Assembly (NCBI GenBank): GCA_013150955.1
Contig: JAADJD010000005.1
Span: 31,096-95,095 of the forward strand
Length of the DNA: 64,000 nucleotides
Origin: Calditrichota bacterium
GTDB taxonomy: Bacteria > Calditrichota > Calditrichia > RBG-13-44-9 > J042
Direction of reading: 5' to 3'
Shown: positions 20,785 through 31,705 of the stretch, in pieces
How positions within the stretch are numbered: position 1 is the stretch's first letter
How the letters are laid out: the number at the start of each line of letters is the position of its first letter
Position numbers and translations under genes: made by a program
The notes under the pieces: model-generated
What the model saw: only the letters and a program-made list of their open reading frames with translations
Told to the model about the DNA's origin: nothing
The model's database searches: none

Positions 20785-22092
20785 TTACGAAATTCTTTTG
20801 AGGAGTGCGGTGCATTCATTCCAGGCTCGATCTACGATTTCATCTTTATTATATGCCAGGGGAAGGCCATCCTTTACCACCCAATTTCCGTCGACAATAA
20901 CGTGAACCACGTTTTGGGTTTGTGCTGAATAGACAATTTGAGAATAAATATTATCGGCCGGTACCACCTGAACTTTATTGAGATCCAGGATGGTCAGATC
21001 GGCCAGTTTGCCAACCTCGATGCTACCGATTTTGTCCGCCATTCCCAGCGTGCGCGCCCCATTGATGGTGACCATGTCAAAAACATCCTGAGCGGTGATG
21101 GAGGTTACGCCAAAACGCGGTTTGTGGATCAGTGCCGCCAGTCGCATGTCAATAAAAATGTCCAGATTATTGTTACAGGGGGCACCGTCGGATCCAAGCG
21201 ATACGTTAATTCCCTTGTGTAACATTCGGGGAATCGGAGCGAATCCGGAACCCAATTTCAGATTTGCAGAAGGGCAGTGCAGCACGTTGATCTGGTACTC
21301 CCTGAGATACTCCATTTCCCGCTCCGAGACCCAGATGCAATGGGCCAGACACAGTCGGGAGGAAGCCAGTCCCTTTTCCACGAAAAATTCCACATTATCG
21401 TAGCCGGTCTGTTTTTTTACCAGAGCCACTTCTTTTTGATTTTCGGATGCGTGGGAGTGGATGAGCAGTTTGTGGCTTTCCGACAGGGCTTTAATGCCTT
21501 CCCATAAAGCGTCGCTGCAGGAGGGGACGAATCGGGGCGCCAGGGCGTACTGGATGCGTCCATTGGCTGCACCGTGCCAGCGCTGGATCAGTTCTTCGGT
21601 GGATTTCAGTGCGTCGTCTGTGCTTTCTTTGTAGGGCTGATCTCCATAATCCATCATCACCTTGCCACTGAATCCTCGAATACCGCTGCGCACCATCTCC
21701 TCGAAAACCACGTCCATGTGCCGCCCATTGCCCATGTCCAGAATGCTGGTTACCCCGCTGCGCAGCATTTCGTATAATCCCAGCTGGGCGGAGACACGCA
21801 GAGAGGCCTCCGTGTGGGCCATTTCCATGGGCCAGATGTGAAGGCTGAGCCAGTCCAGTAGTTCCAGGTCATCTGCCAGATTGCGGAACAGTGTCTGGCA
21901 CAGGTGGACGTGGGTCTGGATGAGTCCCGGAATCACCGTCAATCCACTTAAATCCAGTTCTTCCACGCCGGGATTTTCCAGTTGTCTGCCCAAGGATTCA
22001 ATGCGGTTATCTTTTATAAGGATGTCTCCCTCAAAGATATCGCGGTTGGGGTTCTGGGTTACAATCGTGGCATTCTTCAGCAGTATATTCAT
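20785..22092 (-). CDS. Amidohydrolase, 5'-deoxyadenosine/MTA-SAH deaminase-like
   Basis: PGLIQTHVHLCQTLFR, HSHASE, AHC, HCPSANLKLGSG, GSDGAPCNN. Confidence 0.85.
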   Translation of the reverse strand: MNILLKNATIVTQNPNRDIFEGDILIKDNRIESLGRQLENPGVEELDLSGLTVIPGLIQTHVHLCQTLFRNLADDLELLDWLSLHIWPMEMAHTEASLRVSAQLGLYEMLRSGVTSILDMGNGRHMDVVFEEMVRSGIRGFSGKVMMDYGDQPYKESTDDALKSTEELIQRWHGAANGRIQYALAPRFVPSCSDALWEGIKALSESHKLLIHSHASENQKEVALVKKQTGYDNVEFFVEKGLASSRLCLAHCIWVSEREMEYLREYQINVLHCPSANLKLGSGFAPIPRMLHKGINVSLGSDGAPCNNNLDIFIDMRLAALIHKPRFGVTSITAQDVFDMVTINGARTLGMADKIGSIEVGKLADLTILDLNKVQVVPADNIYSQIVYSAQTQNVVHVIVDGNWVVKDGLPLAYNKDEIVDRAWNECTALLKRIS

Positions 22093-22244
22093 TCACCAAC
22101 CTTTTTCGCTACAGTTCCGTCTTTCAAAACTTTGCAAATTTAGTTTTATCAAGGAATTGAAGCAAGCAAAATTCCTGGCGGCCGTCGGATTTTCCAATTT
22201 TCTGGAATTCCTGAATATCGGCATTGGGCAGTCGGCAATTAACA

Positions 22245-22885
22245 GTAGTCAGTGGGCAGTTTGCAGTATGCAGTTGGCAGTTGTTGTAGCCACGCATTGG
22301 ATGGTTTTTTCCATATGCAGCAGATAATGGTAGTCGTTGGCTTTGTATCGGTATCCAGTTAGCAGTAAGCAGTAGGCGATTGGCAATGGTAGTCGCGGGC
22401 TTTATGCCCATATCTCAGTTGGCAGTTTGCAGTATGCAGTTGGCAGTTGTCGTAGCCATGCATTGGATGGTTTTTTTCCGTAAGCAGCAGGCAATGTTTG
22501 TCGTGGGCTTTGCACAAGTATCCACTTAGCAGTGGGCAATTGGAAATGGTAGTCGCGGGCTTTATGCCCGCGGGGTGTAAGGTAAATTAGCTTTACATTA
22601 GAGCAAGAATAAACCCTGGAACATATTTTTTTCCAGATATCATCAAATGGATTTTGTTATTTTTATTCGTTTTAATTCGTGTAATTCGTAGGCTATTGCA
22701 TAATCCGGGATTAACAAATCACTGCAGGCTAAAAGCCTGCGGCTACCGTGGCTATAATCAATGGTACGATACACACCGTTAACCAAACAAGCGTCCTCCC
22801 CCCGGCAAGGCGGGTGGAGGACGCTACCGACTCTGGAGAGTCGGGCTACAACCTGGCATCCGCAGGCTAAATGCCTGCGGCTACC
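22245..22885 (-). repeat. Composite repeat, right arm (inverted copy of 17014-17500) with an internal ~170-bp duplication
   Basis: Same REP-like hairpins, same truncated MITE (~22610-22710), CAGTTGG/CAGTATG heptamers. Confidence 0.85.
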
Positions 22886-23002
22886 GTGGGTTGTGGTAAT
22901 CAAACAAGCATGCCTCTGCAGGGCGGGTACGTCACGGATGCCGGGAATTGAGAATTATTAACGGAACCCATCATCCCCGTAATCAGGAAATGCATTTTAC
23001 CT

Positions 23003-23031
23003 TTGCAAGAAATTTCACGATTGCCTATATT
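23003..23031 (+). promoter_or_regulatory. Putative sigma70 promoter for gap
   Basis: TTGCAA-17 nt-TATATT. Confidence 0.45.
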
Positions 23032-23210
23032 GCCAGGCGATTCCAGTACCGATAATTACGGGTGTTGGGGACATTGATGAACCGTTGGGCCATCCGATTG
23101 AAAGAATGGGTAATAAACGCTTCCAATTTGCCGAATACTAATCGCAGTGGATACCACAGGGAATCCTGTCGCCGTCAAAAGGGTATAAAGATAACATTGA
23201 CTTAAAGTAG

Positions 23211-24224
<1,014 letters not shown>

Positions 24225-24229
24225 ATCTA

Positions 24230-24262
24230 AATCCCCCGGCAACCGTCGGGGGATTTTTCTTT
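24230..24262 (+). terminator. Intrinsic terminator or attenuating hairpin between gap and pgk
   Basis: AATCCCCCGGC-AACC-GTCGGGGGATT followed by a T run. Confidence 0.7.
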
Positions 24263-24408
24263 CGCCTGGACTCGGGTGCATCCTCTAAAGGAATTGGTTT
24301 TCTGCCTGATTCAGACCGGAGTGAGGCACCCGTGTTGGCGTTCAGACGTCTGTTCAAGGTGTTTCCGGAAGGATGTAAAATTCTGGTTGAAGATCGGAGG
24401 GACTGAAG

Positions 24409-25605
24409 ATGGCCAAATTAACCATTGATGATCTGGAGTTAAAAGGAAAGACTGTGCTGGTTCGGGTGGATTTTAATGTACCTCTGGACGATCAATTCCG
24501 CGTAACGGATGACTTCCGTATTCGTTCGGCGCTGCCCACCATTCAAAAAATCATCCGGGAAGGAGGTCGCGCTGTGCTCTGTTCCCATCTGGGGCGTCCC
24601 AAAGGGCAGCGAAACGAGAAGTATTCTCTGAAACCTGTGGCCGATCGTTTGGCAGAGTTGCTGGGACAGAATGTTCATTTTGCACCCGATTGCATTGGCC
24701 CCGAGGTGGATCGCCTGAAACAGCAACTCAAAGATGGAGAGGTATTGCTGCTGGAGAATCTGCGGTTTCATCCGGGGGAAGAAGCCAACGATCCCGAATT
24801 TGCCCGCCAGCTGGCCAGCTATTGTGATGTATATGTGAATGATGCCTTTGGGACGGCGCATCGGGCGCATGCCTCGACTGTGGGGGTGACCCGCTATTTT
24901 GATTGCTGTGCCGCCGGATACCTGATGCAAAAGGAACTGGAATATCTGGGAAAGGCGCTGGAAAATCCAGAGCGGCCATTCGTTACCATCCTGGGTGGGG
25001 CGAAAATTTCCGGCAAAATCGATGTCATCCTCAATCTGCTGGATAAAACCGATGTGCTGCTCATCGGTGGAGGCATGATTTTCACCTTTTTTAAGGCTCA
25101 GGGATTGGAAATCGGAAAATCCATTCTGGAGGAAGATCGCCTGGAGATGGCACGGGATATTCTGGATCGCGCTTCCCGCAGTCGTACCCGTTTGGAATTG
25201 CCGGTGGATGTCGTGGTGGCGGACAGGGTGGAAGCGGGGGCTTCCACCACGGTGGTGGACGTCAACGCCATGCCTTCGGATGGCATTGGTGTGGACATCG
25301 GGCCACGAACCATTGAGAAATATAAAGAATTTCTGGCAACCGCCCGCACGGTGGTCTGGAATGGCCCCATGGGCGTTTTCGAAATCCCGGATTTTGCCAG
25401 AGGTACCGAAGCCATTGCCCGCTACCTGGCGGAGATTACCGAGAAAGGGGCGATTACCATCGTGGGAGGCGGTGATTCCGCCGCTGCGGTGAAGCAGTTT
25501 GGCCTGTCGGATAAACTCTCACACGTGTCCACTGGCGGCGGGGCATCGCTGGAGTTCCTGGAAGGGAAAACCCTGCCTGGTGTGGCAGCCTTAACGGATA
25601 AATAA
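24409..25605 (+). CDS. pgk: Phosphoglycerate kinase
   Basis: [43 protein letters not shown]. Confidence 0.98.
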   Translation: MAKLTIDDLELKGKTVLVRVDFNVPLDDQFRVTDDFRIRSALPTIQKIIREGGRAVLCSHLGRPKGQRNEKYSLKPVADRLAELLGQNVHFAPDCIGPEVDRLKQQLKDGEVLLLENLRFHPGEEANDPEFARQLASYCDVYVNDAFGTAHRAHASTVGVTRYFDCCAAGYLMQKELEYLGKALENPERPFVTILGGAKISGKIDVILNLLDKTDVLLIGGGMIFTFFKAQGLEIGKSILEEDRLEMARDILDRASRSRTRLELPVDVVVADRVEAGASTTVVDVNAMPSDGIGVDIGPRTIEKYKEFLATARTVVWNGPMGVFEIPDFARGTEAIARYLAEITEKGAITIVGGGDSAAAVKQFGLSDKLSHVSTGGGASLEFLEGKTLPGVAALTDK

Positions 25606-25782
25606 TTCCGTCGCCGTTTGTTTCCAGCAAAAACGTTCCGGTGGCGATTGGCGGCCGGAACGTGGGAAGGATTGGTGGGGTGAAGTTGCACTGTGAGCAC
25701 CATCATGCGTGGAGAAGGGACTTCTTTTTATTTTTGAAACTTGGGATGACTTGCGTTTCACGGATAAAAAAGAGGGGTGATC

Positions 25783-26550
25783 ATGAGAAAGAAAATGATT
25801 GCGGGTAACTGGAAAATGCATAAAACCAACGCCGAGGCGGTACGTCTGGTAACGCAGCTCAGGCGGATGCTGGAAAAGAAACCCGCCCGGAAAACCGAGG
25901 TGGTGGTCTGTCCGCCATTTACCGCGCTGGTTCCCGTTGCGGAACTGTTAAAAGGCAGTAAAATCCAGCTGGGTGCCCAGAACATTTTCTGGGAAGAAGA
26001 AGGAGCCTTTACCGGCGAGGTTTCCGCCCGAATGGTAAAAAGTGCCGGGGCAAAATACGTGATCATTGGACATTCGGAACGTCGCCGGTATTTCAAGGAA
26101 GATGAAAACATCATCAACAAAAAAATTCGACTGGCACTAAAGAACAAGCTTCGGGTGATTCATTGTGTGGGAGAAACCCTGGAAGAACGGGAACACAACC
26201 TGACCCAGGACATCATCATCAATCAACTGGAATGGGGCCTGAAGGGATTTACAGCCGATGATTTCAAGAGGATTGTCATTGCCTACGAGCCGGTCTGGGC
26301 CATTGGCACCGGTAAAACGGCCACTCCGGAGCAGGCGCAGGAAGTGCATGCCTTTATCCGCGAGATTTTGAATACGTTGTATGGTAGCCAGGTGGGTACG
26401 CGCATCACCATTCTTTACGGGGGAAGTGTGAAGCCGGAAAATGCGGCGGGATTATTGTCACAGCCGGATGTGGATGGTGCGCTGGTTGGTGGCGCCTGTT
26501 TGAATGCCAGAAGCTTTTTTCAGATCATTCAGGCCAGTGAGGGGGCCTGA
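25783..26550 (+). CDS. tpiA: Triosephosphate isomerase
   Basis: AGNWKM, GHSERR, AYEPVWAIGTG, YGGSV. Confidence 0.98.
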   Translation: MRKKMIAGNWKMHKTNAEAVRLVTQLRRMLEKKPARKTEVVVCPPFTALVPVAELLKGSKIQLGAQNIFWEEEGAFTGEVSARMVKSAGAKYVIIGHSERRRYFKEDENIINKKIRLALKNKLRVIHCVGETLEEREHNLTQDIIINQLEWGLKGFTADDFKRIVIAYEPVWAIGTGKTATPEQAQEVHAFIREILNTLYGSQVGTRITILYGGSVKPENAAGLLSQPDVDGALVGGACLNARSFFQIIQASEGA

Positions 26551-26566
26551 GCAATTGCAAACTTAA

Positions 26567-26785
26567 ACCCGGATTTTACATTCGCCTGCGAATTACAAGA
26601 ATTCACACGAACCAAAAGAATGAAATGCATTTGATGCAATCAGGATGAAAATGGGGTCCAGGGTTTGGTAGGTGGTTTGTTAATCCCAAATTATGCTTTG
26701 AACCTCAATTGACGCGAATGAACACAAATAAACCCAGATTATGCATAAGACCACGAATTGCACGAATTCACACAAATAAAATTAA
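26567..26785 (+). mobile_element. Stacked partial copies (left arms) of the 167-bp element
   Basis: Three successive TAA-(A/T)CCC starts with TIR-like sequence. Confidence 0.65.
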
Positions 26786-26810
26786 CCTGTTGTTCTAATT
26801 GGACAACCCA

Positions 26811-26930
26811 AACCGTTAAAACGGTTCTGTAAATTATTGTTACTTTAGGAGTTGTCCACCCAGATAAATCTGGGTGTTAATGAATGATAATTTCGATTAA
26901 CTCCTGGCTACTCCTGGCTTTAGCCAGGAG
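26811..26930. repeat. Cluster of REP-like palindromes
   Basis: AACCGTTAAAACGGTT; CACCCAGATAAATCTGGGTG; CTCCTGGCTTTAGCCAGGAG. Confidence 0.6.
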
Positions 26931-27104
26931 AAATAGATGAAGTAACCGATTGATTCGTGAATTCATGCATCATTTGAGTTCAAGGAAACCATCCGCTTCT
27001 TTGGTCGCTTTTCAAAAAATTCTCAACGATTTTCCCCTCAAATTTTTCTGCCAGAAAAATATTTTGTATTTTTAAACATGCCGATTAAATTTCAGGATCG
27101 AAAT

Positions 27105-27120
27105 TGGCATAATTTGTGCA
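27105..27120 (+). promoter_or_regulatory. Putative sigma54 -24/-12 promoter of the two-component genes
   Basis: TGGCATAATTTGTGCA (GG-N10-GC), ~30 nt upstream of the ATG at 27149. Confidence 0.5.
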
Positions 27121-27148
27121 AATCTATAAAAGAAAAACGAGGGGCCTG

Positions 27149-28669
27149 ATGGACTTTCGCCGATTGGGATTGAAATACCGTTTCATCGTTATCACCATTG
27201 CCGTGGTGGTACTGGTAACCCTGGCGGGTAGCCTGACCCTCCACGGGATATATCGCGCGGGTGGCAATGTGTACCGCCCGGAATATTTGATGGCAGTGGC
27301 CGCTTTTTATATCTTCATTGGGATCATCGGGGTGTTGCTGGTTTCCAAATACATGATCCAGCCGGTCGTGCATCTCACCCAGAAGGTGTACGAGGTGCGC
27401 AATGGGAACCTGGACATCGAGTTTTCCAACCATCAGAATCACGTGTGGATGGATGAAATGGATCAATTGTACGAGGGATTTGCCCACATGGTGCGCCATC
27501 TGCGGCAGACCATCGAAGAGTTGACCAAGGCAAAGGAACGGGCCGAAACCGTTTCCCGCGAACTTTACAAAAGTAAAAAACGCCTGGAGGCGGTATTTAA
27601 CAGCCTGTCTGACGGCATCATGATTATTGACAAGAACTTTCGGATTGTGACGGCCAATCCGGTTATCCTGAAACTGATGGGCCGCACGGAGGAAGAAATC
27701 AAAGGAAAACACTGTTTTGAGATGTGCAACGGTAGCCTGCGGCGTTGCCAGTTCTGTCGGGCGACGGATACGTTCCGCTTTGGCGAGCACGAGATTACCT
27801 ATTGCACCAAACCCGATCCATCGGGGAAGGGCGACCGCATTCTGGAAGTCCACGATTTTCCCATGTTCGATGAAAATGGCGAGATTGTGCAAATCATTGA
27901 GTATGTCAAGGATGTAACCGATGCCATGCAAATGCAGGCCAAGCTGGAAAGTTCGCGGCGGCTGGCGGAGATTGGGGAAATGGCCGCCAAAGTGGCGCAT
28001 GAGGTGCGCAATCCACTGAACGCCATCAAAGGCGCGACCCATTATTTGCGGGGGGAGATTCAGGAGGAATCGGTGGCTATGTATCTGGATTTGATCGAGG
28101 AACAGGTGGATCGAGTAAATCGGGTGGCCACGGATTTACTGGGATTGGCGCGTCCCCTGGAACCGGTTTTTCATCCGGGCAATCTGGAGAAAGTGATTCG
28201 ACAGGCCTTGTGGGATACCCAGCAGGCACTGGACGATAAGCAGATTCGGGTGAAAACGCATATCCATCCCAATATCCCCGAAATTCCCCTGGATGAAAAT
28301 CAGATTGAGCAGGCGCTGGTAAATTTAATTTTAAATGCGGTGGATGCCATGGAAGAAGGGGGGCAGTTGACCATCGAACTGAAGTCCCTTTGTGGAGGAA
28401 ACGGCATGCGGGGGGAACATTTGCAGCTGGTGATTGCCGATACCGGTTGTGGCATCCCCGCCGAAACGCGTGAACAGATTTTCCAGCCGTTTTTTACCAC
28501 CAAAATAAAGGGAACCGGTCTGGGACTTACCATTGTGAAGAAAATTGTGGAACACCATCAGGGACAAATTGAAATTGAAAGCGAGGAAAATCAGGGAACC
28601 CGGGTGATCATTCGGTTGCCGTTAAACATCCGTCACCATGAAGCCAAAATTTACAATTTTAGTAGTTGA
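27149..28669 (+). CDS. Sensor histidine kinase (2 TM, HAMP, Cys-rich PAS, HisKA, HATPase)
   Basis: AHEVRNPL H-box, NLILNA, DTGCGI, FFTTK..GTGLGL; start placed at the ATG after GAGGGG. Confidence 0.93.
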   Translation: MDFRRLGLKYRFIVITIAVVVLVTLAGSLTLHGIYRAGGNVYRPEYLMAVAAFYIFIGIIGVLLVSKYMIQPVVHLTQKVYEVRNGNLDIEFSNHQNHVWMDEMDQLYEGFAHMVRHLRQTIEELTKAKERAETVSRELYKSKKRLEAVFNSLSDGIMIIDKNFRIVTANPVILKLMGRTEEEIKGKHCFEMCNGSLRRCQFCRATDTFRFGEHEITYCTKPDPSGKGDRILEVHDFPMFDENGEIVQIIEYVKDVTDAMQMQAKLESSRRLAEIGEMAAKVAHEVRNPLNAIKGATHYLRGEIQEESVAMYLDLIEEQVDRVNRVATDLLGLARPLEPVFHPGNLEKVIRQALWDTQQALDDKQIRVKTHIHPNIPEIPLDENQIEQALVNLILNAVDAMEEGGQLTIELKSLCGGNGMRGEHLQLVIADTGCGIPAETREQIFQPFFTTKIKGTGLGLTIVKKIVEHHQGQIEIESEENQGTRVIIRLPLNIRHHEAKIYNFSS

Positions 28670-30038
28670 TGACGAAGAGCCCATCCTTCGGGTCATGGAA
28701 GCCAATCTGGTGCGGGAGGGTTACGAGGTAAAAACCGCCCGCGACGCGACCACAGCACTTCAGATCCTGCAACAGGATCAGGTGAGCACGGTGATTGTAG
28801 ACTACCTGATGCCGGGGATGAATGGCATTGAAATGATTCAGCGCATGAAGGAGATGCAGCTGGATGTGCCCGTCATTGTGGTCACCGCGTACGGTACGAT
28901 TGAACAGGCCGTACAGGCCATGAAGCTGGGGGCATTTAATTATCTGACCAAGCCCATCAATTACGATGAGTTGATTTCCATTGTTAAAAAGGCAGTGGAG
29001 CAGCATGCGCTGGCGCTGGAGGTGCAGCGGTTGCGACAGGAGATTACCTCGCAGTACGGATTCGATCAGATTGTGGGGCAAAATCAAAAGATGCAGGAGA
29101 TCTTCTCGCTGGTGCGGGATGTGGCAGAAACCGATGCCACGGTGCTGATCCGCGGTGAAACCGGTACCGGAAAAGAGCTCATTGCCCGGGCACTGCATTT
29201 CAATAGTCCACGGAAAAATAAACCTTTCGTGCGGGTGAATTGTCCCGCCATTGCAGAAACCTTGCTGGAGAGCGAGCTATTTGGCCACGAAAAAGGCGCG
29301 TTCACCGGGGCGATCAAGACGCGCATCGGACGCTTTGAGCAGGCCGATGGTGGCACCATATTTCTGGATGAAGTGGGCGATTTGCCCCTTCGCATCCAGT
29401 CGAAATTGTTGCGGGTGCTGCAGGAAAAGGAGTTTGAACGGGTTGGGGGCAATAAAACCATCAAGGTGGATGTGCGCATCATTTCCGCCACCAATAAGGA
29501 TCTGGAGGCAGAAGTGCAGGCCGGAAATTTTCGCCAGGATTTGTTTTACCGGCTGAATGTGGTGCCCATTGTGGTGCCGCCATTACGTGAGCGACCGGAT
29601 GACATCCCCCTGCTGGCCATGCATTTTTTGAAAAAATATGCCCGCCGATTCAACAAACCGGTTCATGAGATTTCTCCAGAAGGCATGGCGCTGCTGGTGG
29701 AACAGCCCTGGCCGGGAAATGTACGCCAGCTGGAAAATGTGATTGAACGGGCCATTATTCTGGAGAAAAGTGAACAACTACAACGGGATACCCTGCTCCG
29801 CTGCCTGGAATATAAACCCACCAATCTCTATTCCTTTCCCATCAATGCCCGTAAGCCCTTGAAAGAATTAAAAGAACAGCTGATTGAAAATTTCGAGAAG
29901 GAATACATCATCACCCTGTTGAAAGAGTTCAAGGGAAATATCAGCGCGGCTGCACGGGCATCGGGGATTCACTACAAAAATTTTTACGAGAAAATGCGCA
30001 AGTACAATATCCGCCGGGGGGATTATCAGGAGGAATGA
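28638..30038 (+). CDS. Sigma54-dependent response regulator (NtrC/AtoC family)
   Basis: Receiver domain, GETGTGKE, ESELFGHEKGAFTGA, FLDEV, WPGNVRQL, C-terminal HTH. Confidence 0.95.
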   Translation: MKPKFTILVVDDEEPILRVMEANLVREGYEVKTARDATTALQILQQDQVSTVIVDYLMPGMNGIEMIQRMKEMQLDVPVIVVTAYGTIEQAVQAMKLGAFNYLTKPINYDELISIVKKAVEQHALALEVQRLRQEITSQYGFDQIVGQNQKMQEIFSLVRDVAETDATVLIRGETGTGKELIARALHFNSPRKNKPFVRVNCPAIAETLLESELFGHEKGAFTGAIKTRIGRFEQADGGTIFLDEVGDLPLRIQSKLLRVLQEKEFERVGGNKTIKVDVRIISATNKDLEAEVQAGNFRQDLFYRLNVVPIVVPPLRERPDDIPLLAMHFLKKYARRFNKPVHEISPEGMALLVEQPWPGNVRQLENVIERAIILEKSEQLQRDTLLRCLEYKPTNLYSFPINARKPLKELKEQLIENFEKEYIITLLKEFKGNISAAARASGIHYKNFYEKMRKYNIRRGDYQEE

Positions 30039-30129
30039 CCCCGGTCGATTTGCCCATCGGTCGAACAATGAATCTTTATCCACCAATCAGAAACTCCCTT
30101 CGCAGGGCATGCTGAGGTGTTTGCAATTA

Positions 30130-30311
30130 TGCCAGATTATGCATTAGCCTACGAATTACACGAATTAACACCAATAAAAATAATAAAATGCACTGGATTC
30201 TATCTGGATGAAAATGTTTTCCATGAAAATGTTTTCCCGGATATATTCGCTATTTTATTGATTTTTTTCGAATTCATTCGCGTGATTCGTGGTTTAACGC
30301 TCTATTTGGGA
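30130..30311 (+). mobile_element. MITE-like element (167 bp plus a 15-bp internal duplication)
   Basis: TTA on both flanks; ATGAAAATGTTTTCC duplicated. Confidence 0.8.
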
Positions 30312-30370
30312 TTATGCCCACCTGCAAAGACGATGATTCTTTCCGTTCCAATTGAAGGATTTGAGCGACA

Positions 30371-30424
30371 TTATGGTATTTAGGTTATAACGCCGGTGCC
30401 ATAATTATGGTAAAAATACCATAA
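30371..30424. promoter_or_regulatory. Putative enhancer (UAS) sites for the sigma54 activator
   Basis: TTATGGTA-AAAA-TACCATAA (30405-30424) and a degenerate copy at 30371-30390. Confidence 0.55.
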
Positions 30425-30505
30425 CTGTTGGATCGATGGAAACCCGCCTGAATGATCCGTTTTACTTGCAAATTCTATAAAATTTCAGGGGAATCCGTTT
30501 ATAGA

Positions 30506-30519
30506 GTGAAATATTTCAC
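30506..30519. promoter_or_regulatory. Palindromic operator resembling a Rex box
   Basis: GTGAA-ATAT-TTCAC, matching the core of TTGTGAA-N4-TTCACAA. Confidence 0.4.
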
Positions 30520-30533
30520 GAATGTGAAAATTC

Positions 30534-30549
30534 TGGAACGCCGTTTGCA
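30534..30549 (+). promoter_or_regulatory. Sigma54 -24/-12 promoter of the sHdr operon
   Basis: TGGAACGCCGTTTGCA versus consensus TGGCACG-N4-TTGCW; 25 nt upstream of the ATG at 30574. Confidence 0.7.
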
Positions 30550-30573
30550 CATCACCGGGGCCAGGAGGAAAGG

Positions 30574-30807
30574 ATGAATCTGGTCGTCAGTAAAAAACTG
30601 GATTGTCGCTGGATGTACACCCCTCTGGCGGTGGTGCATCTGTATTTTGCTTTTCGGGAAATGCGTTCGGGAGAAATCATTGAATTGCTCATCAACAACG
30701 AGGAGAGTCATGCGGACGTGCAGAGCTGGAGCCGCATGACCGGAAATCCCATTCTGCAGGTGCGCGACAAACAGGAGCACCTGAGCCTATTTGTTCAAAA
30801 AAAATAA
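30574..30807 (+). CDS. TusA-fold protein lacking the CPxP cysteine
   Basis: LDCRWMYTPL aligns with LDCSGLLCPMP of the next gene; GEIIEL, DVQSWSRMTG. Confidence 0.7.
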   Translation: MNLVVSKKLDCRWMYTPLAVVHLYFAFREMRSGEIIELLINNEESHADVQSWSRMTGNPILQVRDKQEHLSLFVQKK

Positions 30808-31058
30808 TGGAGGAAGCAATGGCAGATATCCCAATTGCGGAAACCCTGGATTGTAGCGGCCTGCTGTGTCCCATGCCGGTCGTCAAAACCAACAAGGCCA
30901 TAAAAAATCTGAAAGTGGGGGAAGTACTGGAAATGATCGCCACCGATCCCGGATCCATTCCCGATATGGAGGCATGGGCCAAGCAAACCGGTCATGAGCT
31001 TCTGGAGGCAAAAGAAGAAGGGGGCAAGTACCGCTTTTTGATTAAGAAGACCCACTGA
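30807..31058 (+). CDS. tusA: Sulfur carrier TusA
   Basis: LDCSGLLCPMPVV, ATDPGS..D..AWAKQTGHEL; the start may be 30819. Confidence 0.92.
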   Translation: MEEAMADIPIAETLDCSGLLCPMPVVKTNKAIKNLKVGEVLEMIATDPGSIPDMEAWAKQTGHELLEAKEEGGKYRFLIKKTH

Positions 31059-31170
31059 TCGGGAAGGATGTGCCTCGGCAGGCAGGCCGTTTTCTGGAGA
31101 ACGCAGGTTTACAAAAAGGGAAAGTTGACGGTTCAAAAGTAACAAACCAATCAATTGAGAGGGGGCCAAA

Positions 31171-31683
31171 ATGTCGGAGAAAAACGGACGTCGTCGTTTA
31201 GCGATAATTGCCAGCAAGGGGACGCTGGACTGGGCATACCCGCCCTTTATTCTGGCCACAGCTGCAGGGGCCATGAACTGGGAGGTGGCCATTTTCTTTA
31301 CGTTTTACGGGTTGCCCCTGCTGAAGAAGAAGCTGGATGCTTCGGTCAGTCCACTGGGGAATCCCGCCATGCCCATGAAGATGCCCTTTGGGCCGCTGGA
31401 AAAAATTGATTTGCCGATTCCCAATCTGATCATGAGCAATGTGCCTGGATTCCAGCAGATGGCCACTGCATTGATGAAGAAAACCTTCAAGAAAAAAGGG
31501 GTGGCCAGCATTGAGGAATTGCGCGATATGGCCGTGGAAATGGACGTGCGGCTCATTGGCTGTCAGATGACCATGGACGTCTTTGGGTTCAAAAAGGAAG
31601 ATTTTATTGACGAGGCCGAAATTGGTGGAGCGGCCACATTTCTGGAATTTGCCGCCGACGCCAATGTTACCCTGTTTATTTGA
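31171..31683 (+). CDS. DsrE2-type sulfurtransferase
   Basis: SKGTLDWAYPPFILA, FFTFYGL, IGCQMTMDVFG, GAATFL. Confidence 0.88.
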   Translation: MSEKNGRRRLAIIASKGTLDWAYPPFILATAAGAMNWEVAIFFTFYGLPLLKKKLDASVSPLGNPAMPMKMPFGPLEKIDLPIPNLIMSNVPGFQQMATALMKKTFKKKGVASIEELRDMAVEMDVRLIGCQMTMDVFGFKKEDFIDEAEIGGAATFLEFAADANVTLFI

Positions 31684-31705
31684 AACAAAGCACAATGGTC
31701 AATAA

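Noticed and set aside
18783..22092. Deaminases as futalosine-pathway enzymes
   Set aside because: No mqn genes are in the window and the classical men pathway is present; purine or SAM by-product salvage is simpler
23036..23175. 6S RNA call
   Set aside because: Shorter than typical with no clear central bubble; kept only as a low-interest candidate structure
27092..28042. Long antisense ORFs (also 12934-13623, 34979-35767, 38055-38876, 47650-48549, 60532-61335)
   Set aside because: They are shadows of well-supported genes on the opposite strand and have no motifs
30117..30383. ORFs with the PDYALAYELHEL motif (also 22643-22903) and other MITE-overlapping ORFs such as 17213-17431
   Set aside because: They are read-throughs of the 167-bp element, the frame is not conserved among copies, and there is no transposase motif
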